The notes under the pieces: model-generated
The model's database searches: none
Seen by the model: the letters and a program-made list of their open reading frames with translations, nothing else
Told to the model about the DNA's origin: nothing
Program-made: the position numbers and the translations under genes
Part shown: positions 56,324 to 64,000 of the stretch, piece after piece
Numbering within the stretch: the first letter of the stretch is position 1
Layout of the letters: every line of letters starts with the position of its first letter
Source: Kiritimatiellia bacterium
Lineage (GTDB): Bacteria; Verrucomicrobiota; Kiritimatiellia; SLOV01
Length of the DNA: 64,000 nucleotides
NCBI GenBank assembly: GCA_963578625.1
Contig: CAUZEO010000001.1
Coordinates: 14,188 to 78,187 of the forward strand
Direction of reading: 5' to 3'

Positions 56324-58204
56324 TCAACGACCCGCAATAGCCCCCAGCCCTTCAATGGCCTCCGCAATTTGCGCCCGGGCCGCGTAGAGGTTGCGGGCAT
56401 CGCTGTCATAGTCCGTCATGCTGCGGACGAGCTCGTGGACGGTGGCCAGTGCCGCCTCGCCGGCGACGATCGCTGCGGCGCTGCGTGGATCTTCGGATCT
56501 ACCGGCCCGGGCACGTGCCAGGGCTTGTTCGAGCACCCAGAAATATTCCTTGTCCTCGAGTCCTTCGCGGATCATTTCCCATCGGATGGAGTTGACCGGG
56601 CCCGCGATCAGCGGCTCGTCCGGTACACCTCGGGCCGGTGGATAAAGCAGCAACCCGTCCCCGTTGCCAAAGTGCCCTCCGCCGGGTGAGATCGCCATCG
56701 CGGTCTCCCAGGGGTTGCGGATGGCACGATCGGCGACGGCTTCTCCGATACCTTTATAATAGTTCACGCTCCAGTAGAGGGTCCCGGTCACTTCGTATTT
56801 CTTCATCATCCAGAAATGAATCCGCTGGTTGATGGCGGGATGATCGATGAAATTGTTGGCGTACGGGTGCTTGGGGCCGGTGCAGATATACCACCAGATT
56901 TCATCGCCGGCCGCGCGGCTCTTTTGGGCCCTGGATTCGTCGTAGTGTGAGGTTAGCGGCACCCAGATATCAACTGCGTCGTCAATCTCGTGTCCGATCC
57001 CCAGCGTCACCAGGCGTTTCAGCCCGGGACAGATCCGCCGGACCAGTTCGCCTTCCTGTACTATCAGCGGAAAATCCGATTCGGGGGGCTCGTCCCACAG
57101 ATAACAGTAAACCCTGTCCTGCCAACCTTTTTGTTGCACGTGTTTCCAGATGGGACCGAGAATGAGTTCAAAATACCGGTCGTAAGCCGGGTCTTCGCGC
57201 CATTTCCCCTCGCTGCGTCGGGGGCTGAACCGCGGTGGTCCGAACAGGTCGTTGGGGGGCCAAAACAGGCAAACCGAATTGAACCCCAGTTCATCCAGGT
57301 AGCGGGTGGCCAACCGGTCGAACTCGGTGAGGTCCAGTTCCAGGTCGCCGGACTCCCGGTTCCTGCGATTCACCAGTTCGCTTGGGCTGAGCTTTACGCG
57401 GGCAAGATCCGTGAGGTTGAAGCCGTGCGTAACCGGAGAAACGCGATGCTCGGCGAAATTCTGCATGTAGAGATCGTGAACCTCTGCCCGCTCGGCGCCG
57501 GTTCGGAGGCCATGGTACGCGAAGTCGTCCATCCAGATTCCATACGCGCTCCGGGTGTGGGTATCCTCAGGCAATGTGAAGTCCCAGACCTTCAAACGGA
57601 GAGGCACCCGATGATCGTCGGTGCCGGTCCGTTGCAGAATGATGGTGCCCGCATAGTCTCCGGCAGCCGCGTCCGCCGGCACATGGATGGTAATCCAGAA
57701 CGGATTGTTCTTTCCGCCCGACAAGTCTGCCGGCCCGTCCGTCGGGGGCAGCGGATCCGGCCAGTCGCCTGCCGTGCCGAAGGCATCGGTTGAGTCCGTC
57801 ACGGGTACGTACTCCGCGCGGTCGATTCGAATCGACTCTCCACGAATGGACGCCGAGCCCGGGCCCTTCAGATCGCTGATGTTGATTTGAATTCCCGGCA
57901 TCGATTCCGCCGGCCGCAGTACGAGTTGGAACGGTTCGTACTCGTTTCGGGCGGCCGCGATTTCAACATGCGTTGTGGTTGAAGTGGGAGTCTCTCGTTC
58001 CCGGCCCACTTTATACGTTCCTTCACACCACCACAGCTCCAAGCCGTCCGGACCCGTAAGGCTGTAGCCGAAATCCGTTGCCAGGATCTCCGGCACCGGG
58101 GAAGCGGCTATACTCATCGGGACTCCGATAGCTGCCACGGACATCCACGACACCCAGGTTCGCTTGATTGGCATCATGCCTTCCTCTCTTATGCGTTCGG
58201 GCAA
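56324..58204 (-). CDS. DUF4091-like secreted protein (putative glycoside hydrolase)
   Basis: 626 aa with a signal peptide. GNGDGLLLYPP…IREGLEDKEYFW C-terminal block. Parent of the pseudogene at 13094..13623. Confidence 0.7.
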   Translation of the reverse strand: MPERIREEGMMPIKRTWVSWMSVAAIGVPMSIAASPVPEILATDFGYSLTGPDGLELWWCEGTYKVGRERETPTSTTTHVEIAAARNEYEPFQLVLRPAESMPGIQINISDLKGPGSASIRGESIRIDRAEYVPVTDSTDAFGTAGDWPDPLPPTDGPADLSGGKNNPFWITIHVPADAAAGDYAGTIILQRTGTDDHRVPLRLKVWDFTLPEDTHTRSAYGIWMDDFAYHGLRTGAERAEVHDLYMQNFAEHRVSPVTHGFNLTDLARVKLSPSELVNRRNRESGDLELDLTEFDRLATRYLDELGFNSVCLFWPPNDLFGPPRFSPRRSEGKWREDPAYDRYFELILGPIWKHVQQKGWQDRVYCYLWDEPPESDFPLIVQEGELVRRICPGLKRLVTLGIGHEIDDAVDIWVPLTSHYDESRAQKSRAAGDEIWWYICTGPKHPYANNFIDHPAINQRIHFWMMKKYEVTGTLYWSVNYYKGIGEAVADRAIRNPWETAMAISPGGGHFGNGDGLLLYPPARGVPDEPLIAGPVNSIRWEMIREGLEDKEYFWVLEQALARARAGRSEDPRSAAAIVAGEAALATVHELVRSMTDYDSDARNLYAARAQIAEAIEGLGAIAGR

Positions 58205-58325
58205 GGTAGTTGAATTTGCCGGGCATAGACAGACCGAATTCCAGTGGCCCGAAGCAAGACCCGCCTCATCTGGAGGGGCAACGGGGACGTTGCCCCACCG
58301 GGACGCTGATGCCCGTAACCTGCCC

Positions 58326-60206
58326 TCACTTCATCACCGGGATCACAATCCCGCGCATGATGATGCGTTGGGCGAGAATAAAGACGATGAGCGGGGGCAA
58401 CGAGGCGAGGGTAAGCGCCGCCATGACCAGGTATTCCGGATTGTACATCTGCAGTTCGTACAGAAAGACCATGATCGTCCAGAGCTCAGGATTCTGACAC
58501 ACGATAAATGCCCACATGAAACTTCCGTAGGCGAAGGTAAATGCGAACAGCGCGATAACGGCGAAAATCGGCAGGCACAAGGGCACGACAACGGTCAGGA
58601 ATATGCGCGCCTCCGACGCCCCTTCCAGTTCCGCCACTTCGAACAACTCCTGGGGCAGGCTGTCGAAAAATCCTTTGAGCAGGAATACGTAAAACCCGTT
58701 CACCAGGTTCGGCAGGATCAGGGCCCAGTAGGTATTCAGCAGGTGGAACTGCTTCAGCAGGAGAAAAGCGGGGATCATGGCAATCTCCGCCGGAAATGCC
58801 ATCGTCGCCAGAAGGAAAAGAAGAATCTTGTAACTGTATCGAAGCCGGTACCGTGACAAGGCATATGCGCAGAGGGGTCCAATGGTCACCTGCCCGATGA
58901 CGACCCCCAGGACAAGAACCAGTGTGTTCCAGAACGCGCGGCCGCGCGTGATCATGTATTTACCCATCATGCGGTAGTTCCGCGTCAGAAAATCCAGCCG
59001 AATGCCAATCTTGTTCCGGCTGAACGCCAGCACGTCGGCCTCCAGGTAGGGCGGGGCAATTTCGGAGAAGCACTCGTACTGTGTGCCGTACGCGGCATTT
59101 ACCTGTTCAGCGCTGCCGAACTTTTTCTCAAGGAAGACTCGATATCGAGTGTCGGCACTGTCCACGCGCAAGGTCTCAGCCGGAGTGTGCTGTTCCACGA
59201 ATTCCTGCCAGTCCCTGCGCGGCAGAGACTCGGAGGGCTCGGTGTTCGAAAGCTGGACATCGGCGATTTTCGCGTAGTGGCTGCCGTACTCACGGTTCAG
59301 CCGCTCCGCGCTGCCGTACTTATTGCGGAGATAATCAGTGAAGGCCTCCCCTCCGCCTTCGAGTGTGAGATACCGGAATGGCCATTTGCGCCTGACAAAT
59401 TCTTCCCAGTCTTCACGCGCTGCCCCCGAGGGGGGGGCGGTCACAACAAGCGGGACCCGCATAAAGGATGAGTAGCTGGACGCGTATGCCTCGTTCAGTG
59501 ATTCAAGCTGTAGATACTTCCCTTCGAGAAATTTTCCAAACTTTGCATCTCCCGACACAACGATCCGGTATGGATGGGGAAGGCTGTCCCGCAGTTCCTC
59601 CCAATGCCGCCAATGGGGTGTATCATCCGGATCCCATGAGCGGACCATGGGGTCCTCGTACGGCAACAATACGTCCTCGAATTCGGTATTCTGGTCCAAA
59701 TACACCCGGTTCAGCGCTTCGATGTCACCCCGGAAGCGGTTTCGCAGGGCGCCTGCATATTTTGAGGCTACCTTCACTTCGAAAGCCCGTTGGAAAAACC
59801 GGGACGGGAGGCTTTCCTTGAACTGAATCCACTCTTCAACGCGCGAGATCGTCCGGGCCGAGGTTGGATCGATTTCGTCCAGGTTCAGCCCCACGTCTTC
59901 GTAGCTCAGGAATTCGGTCCGGTAACAGTCGTTGAGGTTCTGAATGTTGACGCCCTGCTTCATGAAATTCTGGAAGTAGCCGTACCGGTCGTTGATGTAC
60001 TTCAGAAACAAGACATCATCGTTGAACAAATACCTGGGCACGAGCCGGTGCTCCGAAACATCGACAGCGCTGCAAATCGACGAGCCGAGCATCAGGCCGA
60101 AGGGATACAGCACGGTGATCGCGCCAAGGGTCAGCACGAGGTAGACCCCCGCGATGACCGCGCGTGTGGTCCAGGCTTTCCGGCCTACGGTACTGATAAT
60201 AGGCAT
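58326..60206 (-). CDS. Carbohydrate ABC transporter permease (MalG-like) with ~380-aa periplasmic domain after TM1
   Basis: The C-terminal half has 5 TMs and the EAA loop ELFEVAELEGASEARIF. The N-terminus has one TM followed by a large soluble domain. Confidence 0.8.
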   Translation of the reverse strand: MPIISTVGRKAWTTRAVIAGVYLVLTLGAITVLYPFGLMLGSSICSAVDVSEHRLVPRYLFNDDVLFLKYINDRYGYFQNFMKQGVNIQNLNDCYRTEFLSYEDVGLNLDEIDPTSARTISRVEEWIQFKESLPSRFFQRAFEVKVASKYAGALRNRFRGDIEALNRVYLDQNTEFEDVLLPYEDPMVRSWDPDDTPHWRHWEELRDSLPHPYRIVVSGDAKFGKFLEGKYLQLESLNEAYASSYSSFMRVPLVVTAPPSGAAREDWEEFVRRKWPFRYLTLEGGGEAFTDYLRNKYGSAERLNREYGSHYAKIADVQLSNTEPSESLPRRDWQEFVEQHTPAETLRVDSADTRYRVFLEKKFGSAEQVNAAYGTQYECFSEIAPPYLEADVLAFSRNKIGIRLDFLTRNYRMMGKYMITRGRAFWNTLVLVLGVVIGQVTIGPLCAYALSRYRLRYSYKILLFLLATMAFPAEIAMIPAFLLLKQFHLLNTYWALILPNLVNGFYVFLLKGFFDSLPQELFEVAELEGASEARIFLTVVVPLCLPIFAVIALFAFTFAYGSFMWAFIVCQNPELWTIMVFLYELQMYNPEYLVMAALTLASLPPLIVFILAQRIIMRGIVIPVMK

Positions 60207-60223
60207 TGCAAATTGATGAGTCG

Positions 60224-62923
60224 TTATTTCGCCGTGGTGAACTGAACCCGCTTTAGAATTCTCAATTGCCAGATCGCGAATCCGATCAGCAGGCTGGCAA
60301 GCACCCAGGACAAGGCGCTGGCGTAGCCGAAGCGCAAGTACAGGAATGCGTTGTAGTAAATCTCGAGTCCGAGCACGTGGGTGGCATAGGAAGGGCCGCC
60401 CCCGGTCATGACAAAGATGTTTTCCGTGGCGCGAAAAGCGCCAATGAAGGCGCCTACGAAATTGATGAGGATCAGCGGGGTGAGATAGGGGAGCGTCACG
60501 TGCAGCACTTTGCGCACGGGGGACGCCCCGTCCATGTCCGCGCTGTCATACAGATCGTCGGGCACGGTCTTGAGGGCCGCGAGATAGATGATGCTTCCGG
60601 GCCCGGCCGCGGTCCAGATGGCGGCGACGATGACGCTGAGCATGGCGAGGTCGGGATCCTGAAGGAATCCAAGCGGGGATTCGATGAGGCCGAACCTGAG
60701 CAGCCAGCTGTTGATGACCCCCACCGGTGAAGGGTCATACATATTTTTCCAGAGGAACATGAGCACCAGCATGCTGGTGACGGCGGGTAAATAGAATACG
60801 ACGCGAAAGAACAGGCTTCCGCGTGGAACTTCCTGTAACAGGATGGCGAGGAGGATCGGCGCGAAGAATCCCAGGCCCAGGGTCAGCGCCACGTAATACA
60901 GGGTGTTGAGGATCGACCGCCAGAAGATGTCGGAGTTGAGCATGTTGATGAAGTTGTCCATCCCGATGAACCGGCTGTCGCCGAGCACCCGGTAGTCCTG
61001 GAACGCCATGATAGCGACCTTGATGAGAGGATAGTATTGCCACACGGCGATCGCCAGCAGCGCGGGAAACATCAGCATCCAGGCCTCGAATTGGCGCCTG
61101 GGACGCGGATTCGGAGGCATCATGACCGCGTCCGCGTTGTCGCGGCGTCGGTAGGCTGCAAACCAGAGGCCCAGTGCGAAGACCACCGCCAGTACGAGCC
61201 CGATGGCCACGTAATTTGCAACTTTCCGCTTGTGCGCCATTTCGGCCGGATCCGATGCTCCGAGGAGAACCTTGTTTCCTCGATCCGCGCATGCATTCAG
61301 GAGTGCGCGCGCGTCCACGGATTCGATTTCGTCTTCCTTCGCATACAAGAGTGCGTCCACCGGCGCGGCGATATCCACCAGTACGCTCTTGAACCCGGTA
61401 GGCAAAGGGTCGTTGCGCCCGGTTTGCAGCAGCGTTTCGTAGGTCGACAGCCACTGGCGCGGGGCGTCGTCGAGGTAGTCGTCGTACCCGAATTTTCTCA
61501 GGTATTGCGGATCCACCAGTTCGCCGTATCCACTTTCCACGTGGAAATCCACCTTGATCCGTTTTGCCTGGTCGGAGGCAATATGCCGGATATACGCCCA
61601 GGCCGCTTCGCGCACTTCCGGGTCCTTCACCTGCGAATTTATGCCTCCGCAGTTGGCGCCGAATCCCGAGGCCGCGAAACCATCGGGTCCCTCGGGGAAC
61701 GGCGCGTACCCGAACAAGTTGGGCGGCTGGAAGACCTGGGCGCCGATGACGAATTCGCTGCAGATGTTGATCAGCATCGCGACCTGCCCGTTGAGCAGTT
61801 TATCGTTCATGTGATAGTAAGACGAGAGGGTCACGACGCCGGTGTAAATTTTCCGATCCGCCTTTTTCTGATCGAGAATTTCCTGCGAAAGGACATGGCC
61901 GTTCGGGCACTTGATGATTTCCGGCCTGACAAATTTTCCGGTTCGGTAGTCCACGCCACGCACATCCACCGGTTCGTTGTCCTCGGGACATCGCGTCCAC
62001 CGGCTCCATCGAAGTTTCTTGTAGAAATTCAGCGCCATGACCCCGGGGTCCCGGTTGAAAGCGACCTGCCACCTCACCGGTGCATCCGCCAGGGGGACCT
62101 GGTGTGTTGGACACTCGTCGGGGAACAGGTGGTTTTGTCCTTCATTGTCGAGCTCGATCGGATCCACGAGTTCCGCGCCGGCCGGGCACTCTTTGCCCGG
62201 AATGGCCAGACGCCCGCCCGCTTGATAGATGAAGGACGGGAAATACATCGACGTGTTATGGGGCCCGGTCATAATGCCGTACCCGTACAAGCCTCGATCG
62301 TGATCCGTCAGTTTCTGCGCGAAAGTATAAAGCTCGTCCCAGTCGTGAGGGCCCCGGTGGGGGTCAAGACCTGCATCGCGAAACCGGTCCCGCCGGTAGT
62401 AGAGGCCGGACAGGACATAATCGTAGGGAATCCCATAGATGTGCCCGTCATGGGTCAGGCCCGCGCGTATTTGCGGCAGGAAGATTCGGTCAAACCATTC
62501 CTTGTTTTCCGGTCGATTGATGAATTCATCGAGGGGATAAAGAAATCCTTCTTCCACATAGGTTGCCAGTGATCCGCTGTTGACCTGAACCACATCGGGT
62601 GCGGTGTTGCCGGCCATGGCCATCAGGAACATGGATTGCGAGGCCGGATTGGTCGAGTCCTCCATCTTGATGCCGCCGGCCTGCCGGACCTTGATGTGTG
62701 GATGCTTCTGTACGAACGCTTCGTAAACAAGCCGGTTCGGGCGTTCCAGTTTCCATTTCACCTTGGGCACTTCCCAGATCGAAAGCTCTACCGGATCGGG
62801 TGCGGGTTGGGCCGGGGCGGCGACCGCGGACTGGAGCCCGAAGAGAGCAAAACACAGGGCGAGGAAAAGTTTCGGGTGGGCGGGATCTTGACAGAAATTC
62901 GAATGTGTCACGGATAACAACAT
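60224..62923 (-). CDS. Fused sugar-binding protein (SBP family 1) plus ABC permease (MalF-like)
   Basis: Signal peptide (KLFLALCFALFGLQSAVAAPA) and a ~600-aa solute-binding domain. Then 6 TMs with the EAA motif DSADMDGASPVRKVLHVTLP in the same frame. The ORF opens at 63112. Confidence 0.75.
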   Translation of the reverse strand: MLLSVTHSNFCQDPAHPKLFLALCFALFGLQSAVAAPAQPAPDPVELSIWEVPKVKWKLERPNRLVYEAFVQKHPHIKVRQAGGIKMEDSTNPASQSMFLMAMAGNTAPDVVQVNSGSLATYVEEGFLYPLDEFINRPENKEWFDRIFLPQIRAGLTHDGHIYGIPYDYVLSGLYYRRDRFRDAGLDPHRGPHDWDELYTFAQKLTDHDRGLYGYGIMTGPHNTSMYFPSFIYQAGGRLAIPGKECPAGAELVDPIELDNEGQNHLFPDECPTHQVPLADAPVRWQVAFNRDPGVMALNFYKKLRWSRWTRCPEDNEPVDVRGVDYRTGKFVRPEIIKCPNGHVLSQEILDQKKADRKIYTGVVTLSSYYHMNDKLLNGQVAMLINICSEFVIGAQVFQPPNLFGYAPFPEGPDGFAASGFGANCGGINSQVKDPEVREAAWAYIRHIASDQAKRIKVDFHVESGYGELVDPQYLRKFGYDDYLDDAPRQWLSTYETLLQTGRNDPLPTGFKSVLVDIAAPVDALLYAKEDEIESVDARALLNACADRGNKVLLGASDPAEMAHKRKVANYVAIGLVLAVVFALGLWFAAYRRRDNADAVMMPPNPRPRRQFEAWMLMFPALLAIAVWQYYPLIKVAIMAFQDYRVLGDSRFIGMDNFINMLNSDIFWRSILNTLYYVALTLGLGFFAPILLAILLQEVPRGSLFFRVVFYLPAVTSMLVLMFLWKNMYDPSPVGVINSWLLRFGLIESPLGFLQDPDLAMLSVIVAAIWTAAGPGSIIYLAALKTVPDDLYDSADMDGASPVRKVLHVTLPYLTPLILINFVGAFIGAFRATENIFVMTGGGPSYATHVLGLEIYYNAFLYLRFGYASALSWVLASLLIGFAIWQLRILKRVQFTTAK

Positions 62924-63150
62924 CGCGGTCACCGACAATAGCCTGCACTCACATTGGTGTGCAATCCCTAACGCTGTAGATATGGGGAAAACCGAATGGC
63001 GCTTAGTTAAGCGCAGCTTTGGATCGAAGAGCGACGGAAGGCTGATTTGTAATCCGCCATTATCTACGATGTTTTCGGCCCTTTCACGGCGGATTGAAAA
63101 TCCGCCCTCCATCCAGCCATAATCGAACGCGGCCGTACTGTAGCGCGAAG

Positions 63151-64000
63151 TCAGGAATCGCCGGGGACCACTGCATCCACCAGCAGTTTTCCCCGGTAGA
63201 GTTTGCAGATCACTCTTCCTGAATCGGCAGGTATGGTAAGCGTCGCACGCCCGGTCCCCGCTTCTTCTTCCGCGAGGATTTTTCCAGAGAGGTCTACCAG
63301 TTTAAGCGTCGCGTCTTCGAAGTCATCCGACAGACGAACCGTGAGTTCGCGACCTTTCTGTTTCACCTTCATCAACTTCGACAGGTGGGCAATACAGGTG
63401 ACAGAGCGCGGTTCGAGCTCGATGGCGACCACGGTCTTGTCGCCCCTCGTGGAGGCTTTGACGTTGCGGTACCGGTACAGATCGACCAGGTGCGTGCCTT
63501 TGCGGGCGGGGATGTCCAGCAGAGCACCCTTTGCCGGGATGTTCGCCGCATTGTACACGGTCCACACGGTTTTGTCCTTCGCCGGGAATTTGTTCACGTA
63601 CACCAGGGGAATCTTTGACCTGATCATCGGCTCCCGATCCAGCGACCCGAACGCATCGCTGTTGTCCCGCAGGATATGCCGCTGGTGCTCGCGGTAACAC
63701 CATTCCCGATTAAATGCTCCGGTGGCATTAAAGAAACGCCACTCAGGCTGTTTCAGGCTGATCTGGTAGTCGAACATCTTGTGGCGGGGAAAGTAGAAAT
63801 GATGGATGTTGATGCCGACGAACCCCTCCCAGTTTGCCGCCACGTGGGCGGTGAACGGCTGTTCCGTCAGGTCGTAGCACAAACTGGCGTCCAGGTACTG
63901 GCCCAGCACGTCGATACCCTGGGACTCCGAGAGGAGGACCGAATTCGGATTCACGCCGTCCATGGCACGGCGCACTTGCCGCGCGGCATCGGACTGCGCC
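63151..64000 (-). CDS. Family B copy B4, C-terminal part (5' end beyond window)
   Basis: …VDGVNPNSVLLSESQGIDVLGQYLDASLCYDL…FYFPRHKMFDYQ…FNATGAFNREW…PMIRSKIPLVYVNKFPAKDKTVWTVYN matches the B core C-terminus. The frame stays open to 64000. Confidence 0.75.
   Translation of the reverse strand, partial: AQSDAARQVRRAMDGVNPNSVLLSESQGIDVLGQYLDASLCYDLTEQPFTAHVAANWEGFVGINIHHFYFPRHKMFDYQISLKQPEWRFFNATGAFNREWCYREHQRHILRDNSDAFGSLDREPMIRSKIPLVYVNKFPAKDKTVWTVYNAANIPAKGALLDIPARKGTHLVDLYRYRNVKASTRGDKTVVAIELEPRSVTCIAHLSKLMKVKQKGRELTVRLSDDFEDATLKLVDLSGKILAEEEAGTGRATLTIPADSGRVICKLYRGKLLVDAVVPGDS

Noticed and set aside
1-64000. CRISPR arrays, tRNA/rRNA genes, transposase or integrase, phage structural genes
   Set aside because: I found no regularly spaced direct repeats with unique spacers, no cloverleaf-type conserved tRNA sequences (GTTCGA/TTCGAAT-type T-arms in context), and no transposase or integrase motifs in any frame I inspected. 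The small repeats found are classed as MITE or REP-like.

Overview
High-GC (~62%) accessory-type region. The gene content fits a PVC-superphylum bacterium: LamG/PEP-CTERM proteins, prepilin-type N-terminal (DUF1559-like) proteins, arylsulfotransferase-like proteins, and many secreted glycoside-hydrolase-like proteins. No rRNA, tRNA, CRISPR array, transposase or integrase is recognisable. Most genes are on the minus strand.

- **Oxidoreductase/hydrolase island (1–12.9 kb):** three MDR Zn-dehydrogenases, two SDRs, an aldo/keto reductase, a cupin, a C-N hydrolase, an MBL-fold hydrolase, a cyclase and a PhyH dioxygenase.
- **Pseudogene cluster (13.1–16.1 kb):** several pseudogenes; three are the N-terminal and C-terminal pieces of a gene joined across an internal deletion, and an intact parent copy of each lies elsewhere in the window.
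- **Cell-surface genes (17.9–23.7 kb):** three LamG-like secreted paralogs (one with a PEP-CTERM anchor) and two near-identical tandem prepilin-like genes.
- **Unannotatable module (main result):** a two-gene module of large proteins I cannot assign to any characterised family.
  - Family A is a ~735-aa cytoplasmic protein: three intact copies and one remnant.
  - Family B is a ~1080-aa secreted protein: two full copies, one core-only copy, one N-domain remnant, and one copy truncated by the window edge.
  - One pair (A2, B1) sits as a tight operon.
  - Another B copy heads an operon with an unusual sugar ABC importer and a DUF4091-like protein. In that importer the substrate-binding protein is fused to the MalF-like permease, and the MalG-like permease carries a ~380-aa periplasmic domain.
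- **PhyH-like dioxygenases:** four Fe(II)/2OG-dioxygenase paralogs are interspersed with these genes.
- **Repeats and structured DNA:**
  - two families of small MITE-like inverted-repeat elements;
  - a 126-bp palindromic element;
  - a ~420–475-bp near-identical leader/MBL module placed upstream of two diverged family-A genes;
  - a 10-bp periodic repeat abutting the start codon of a 1400-aa multidomain secreted protein;
  - several homopolymer tracts.
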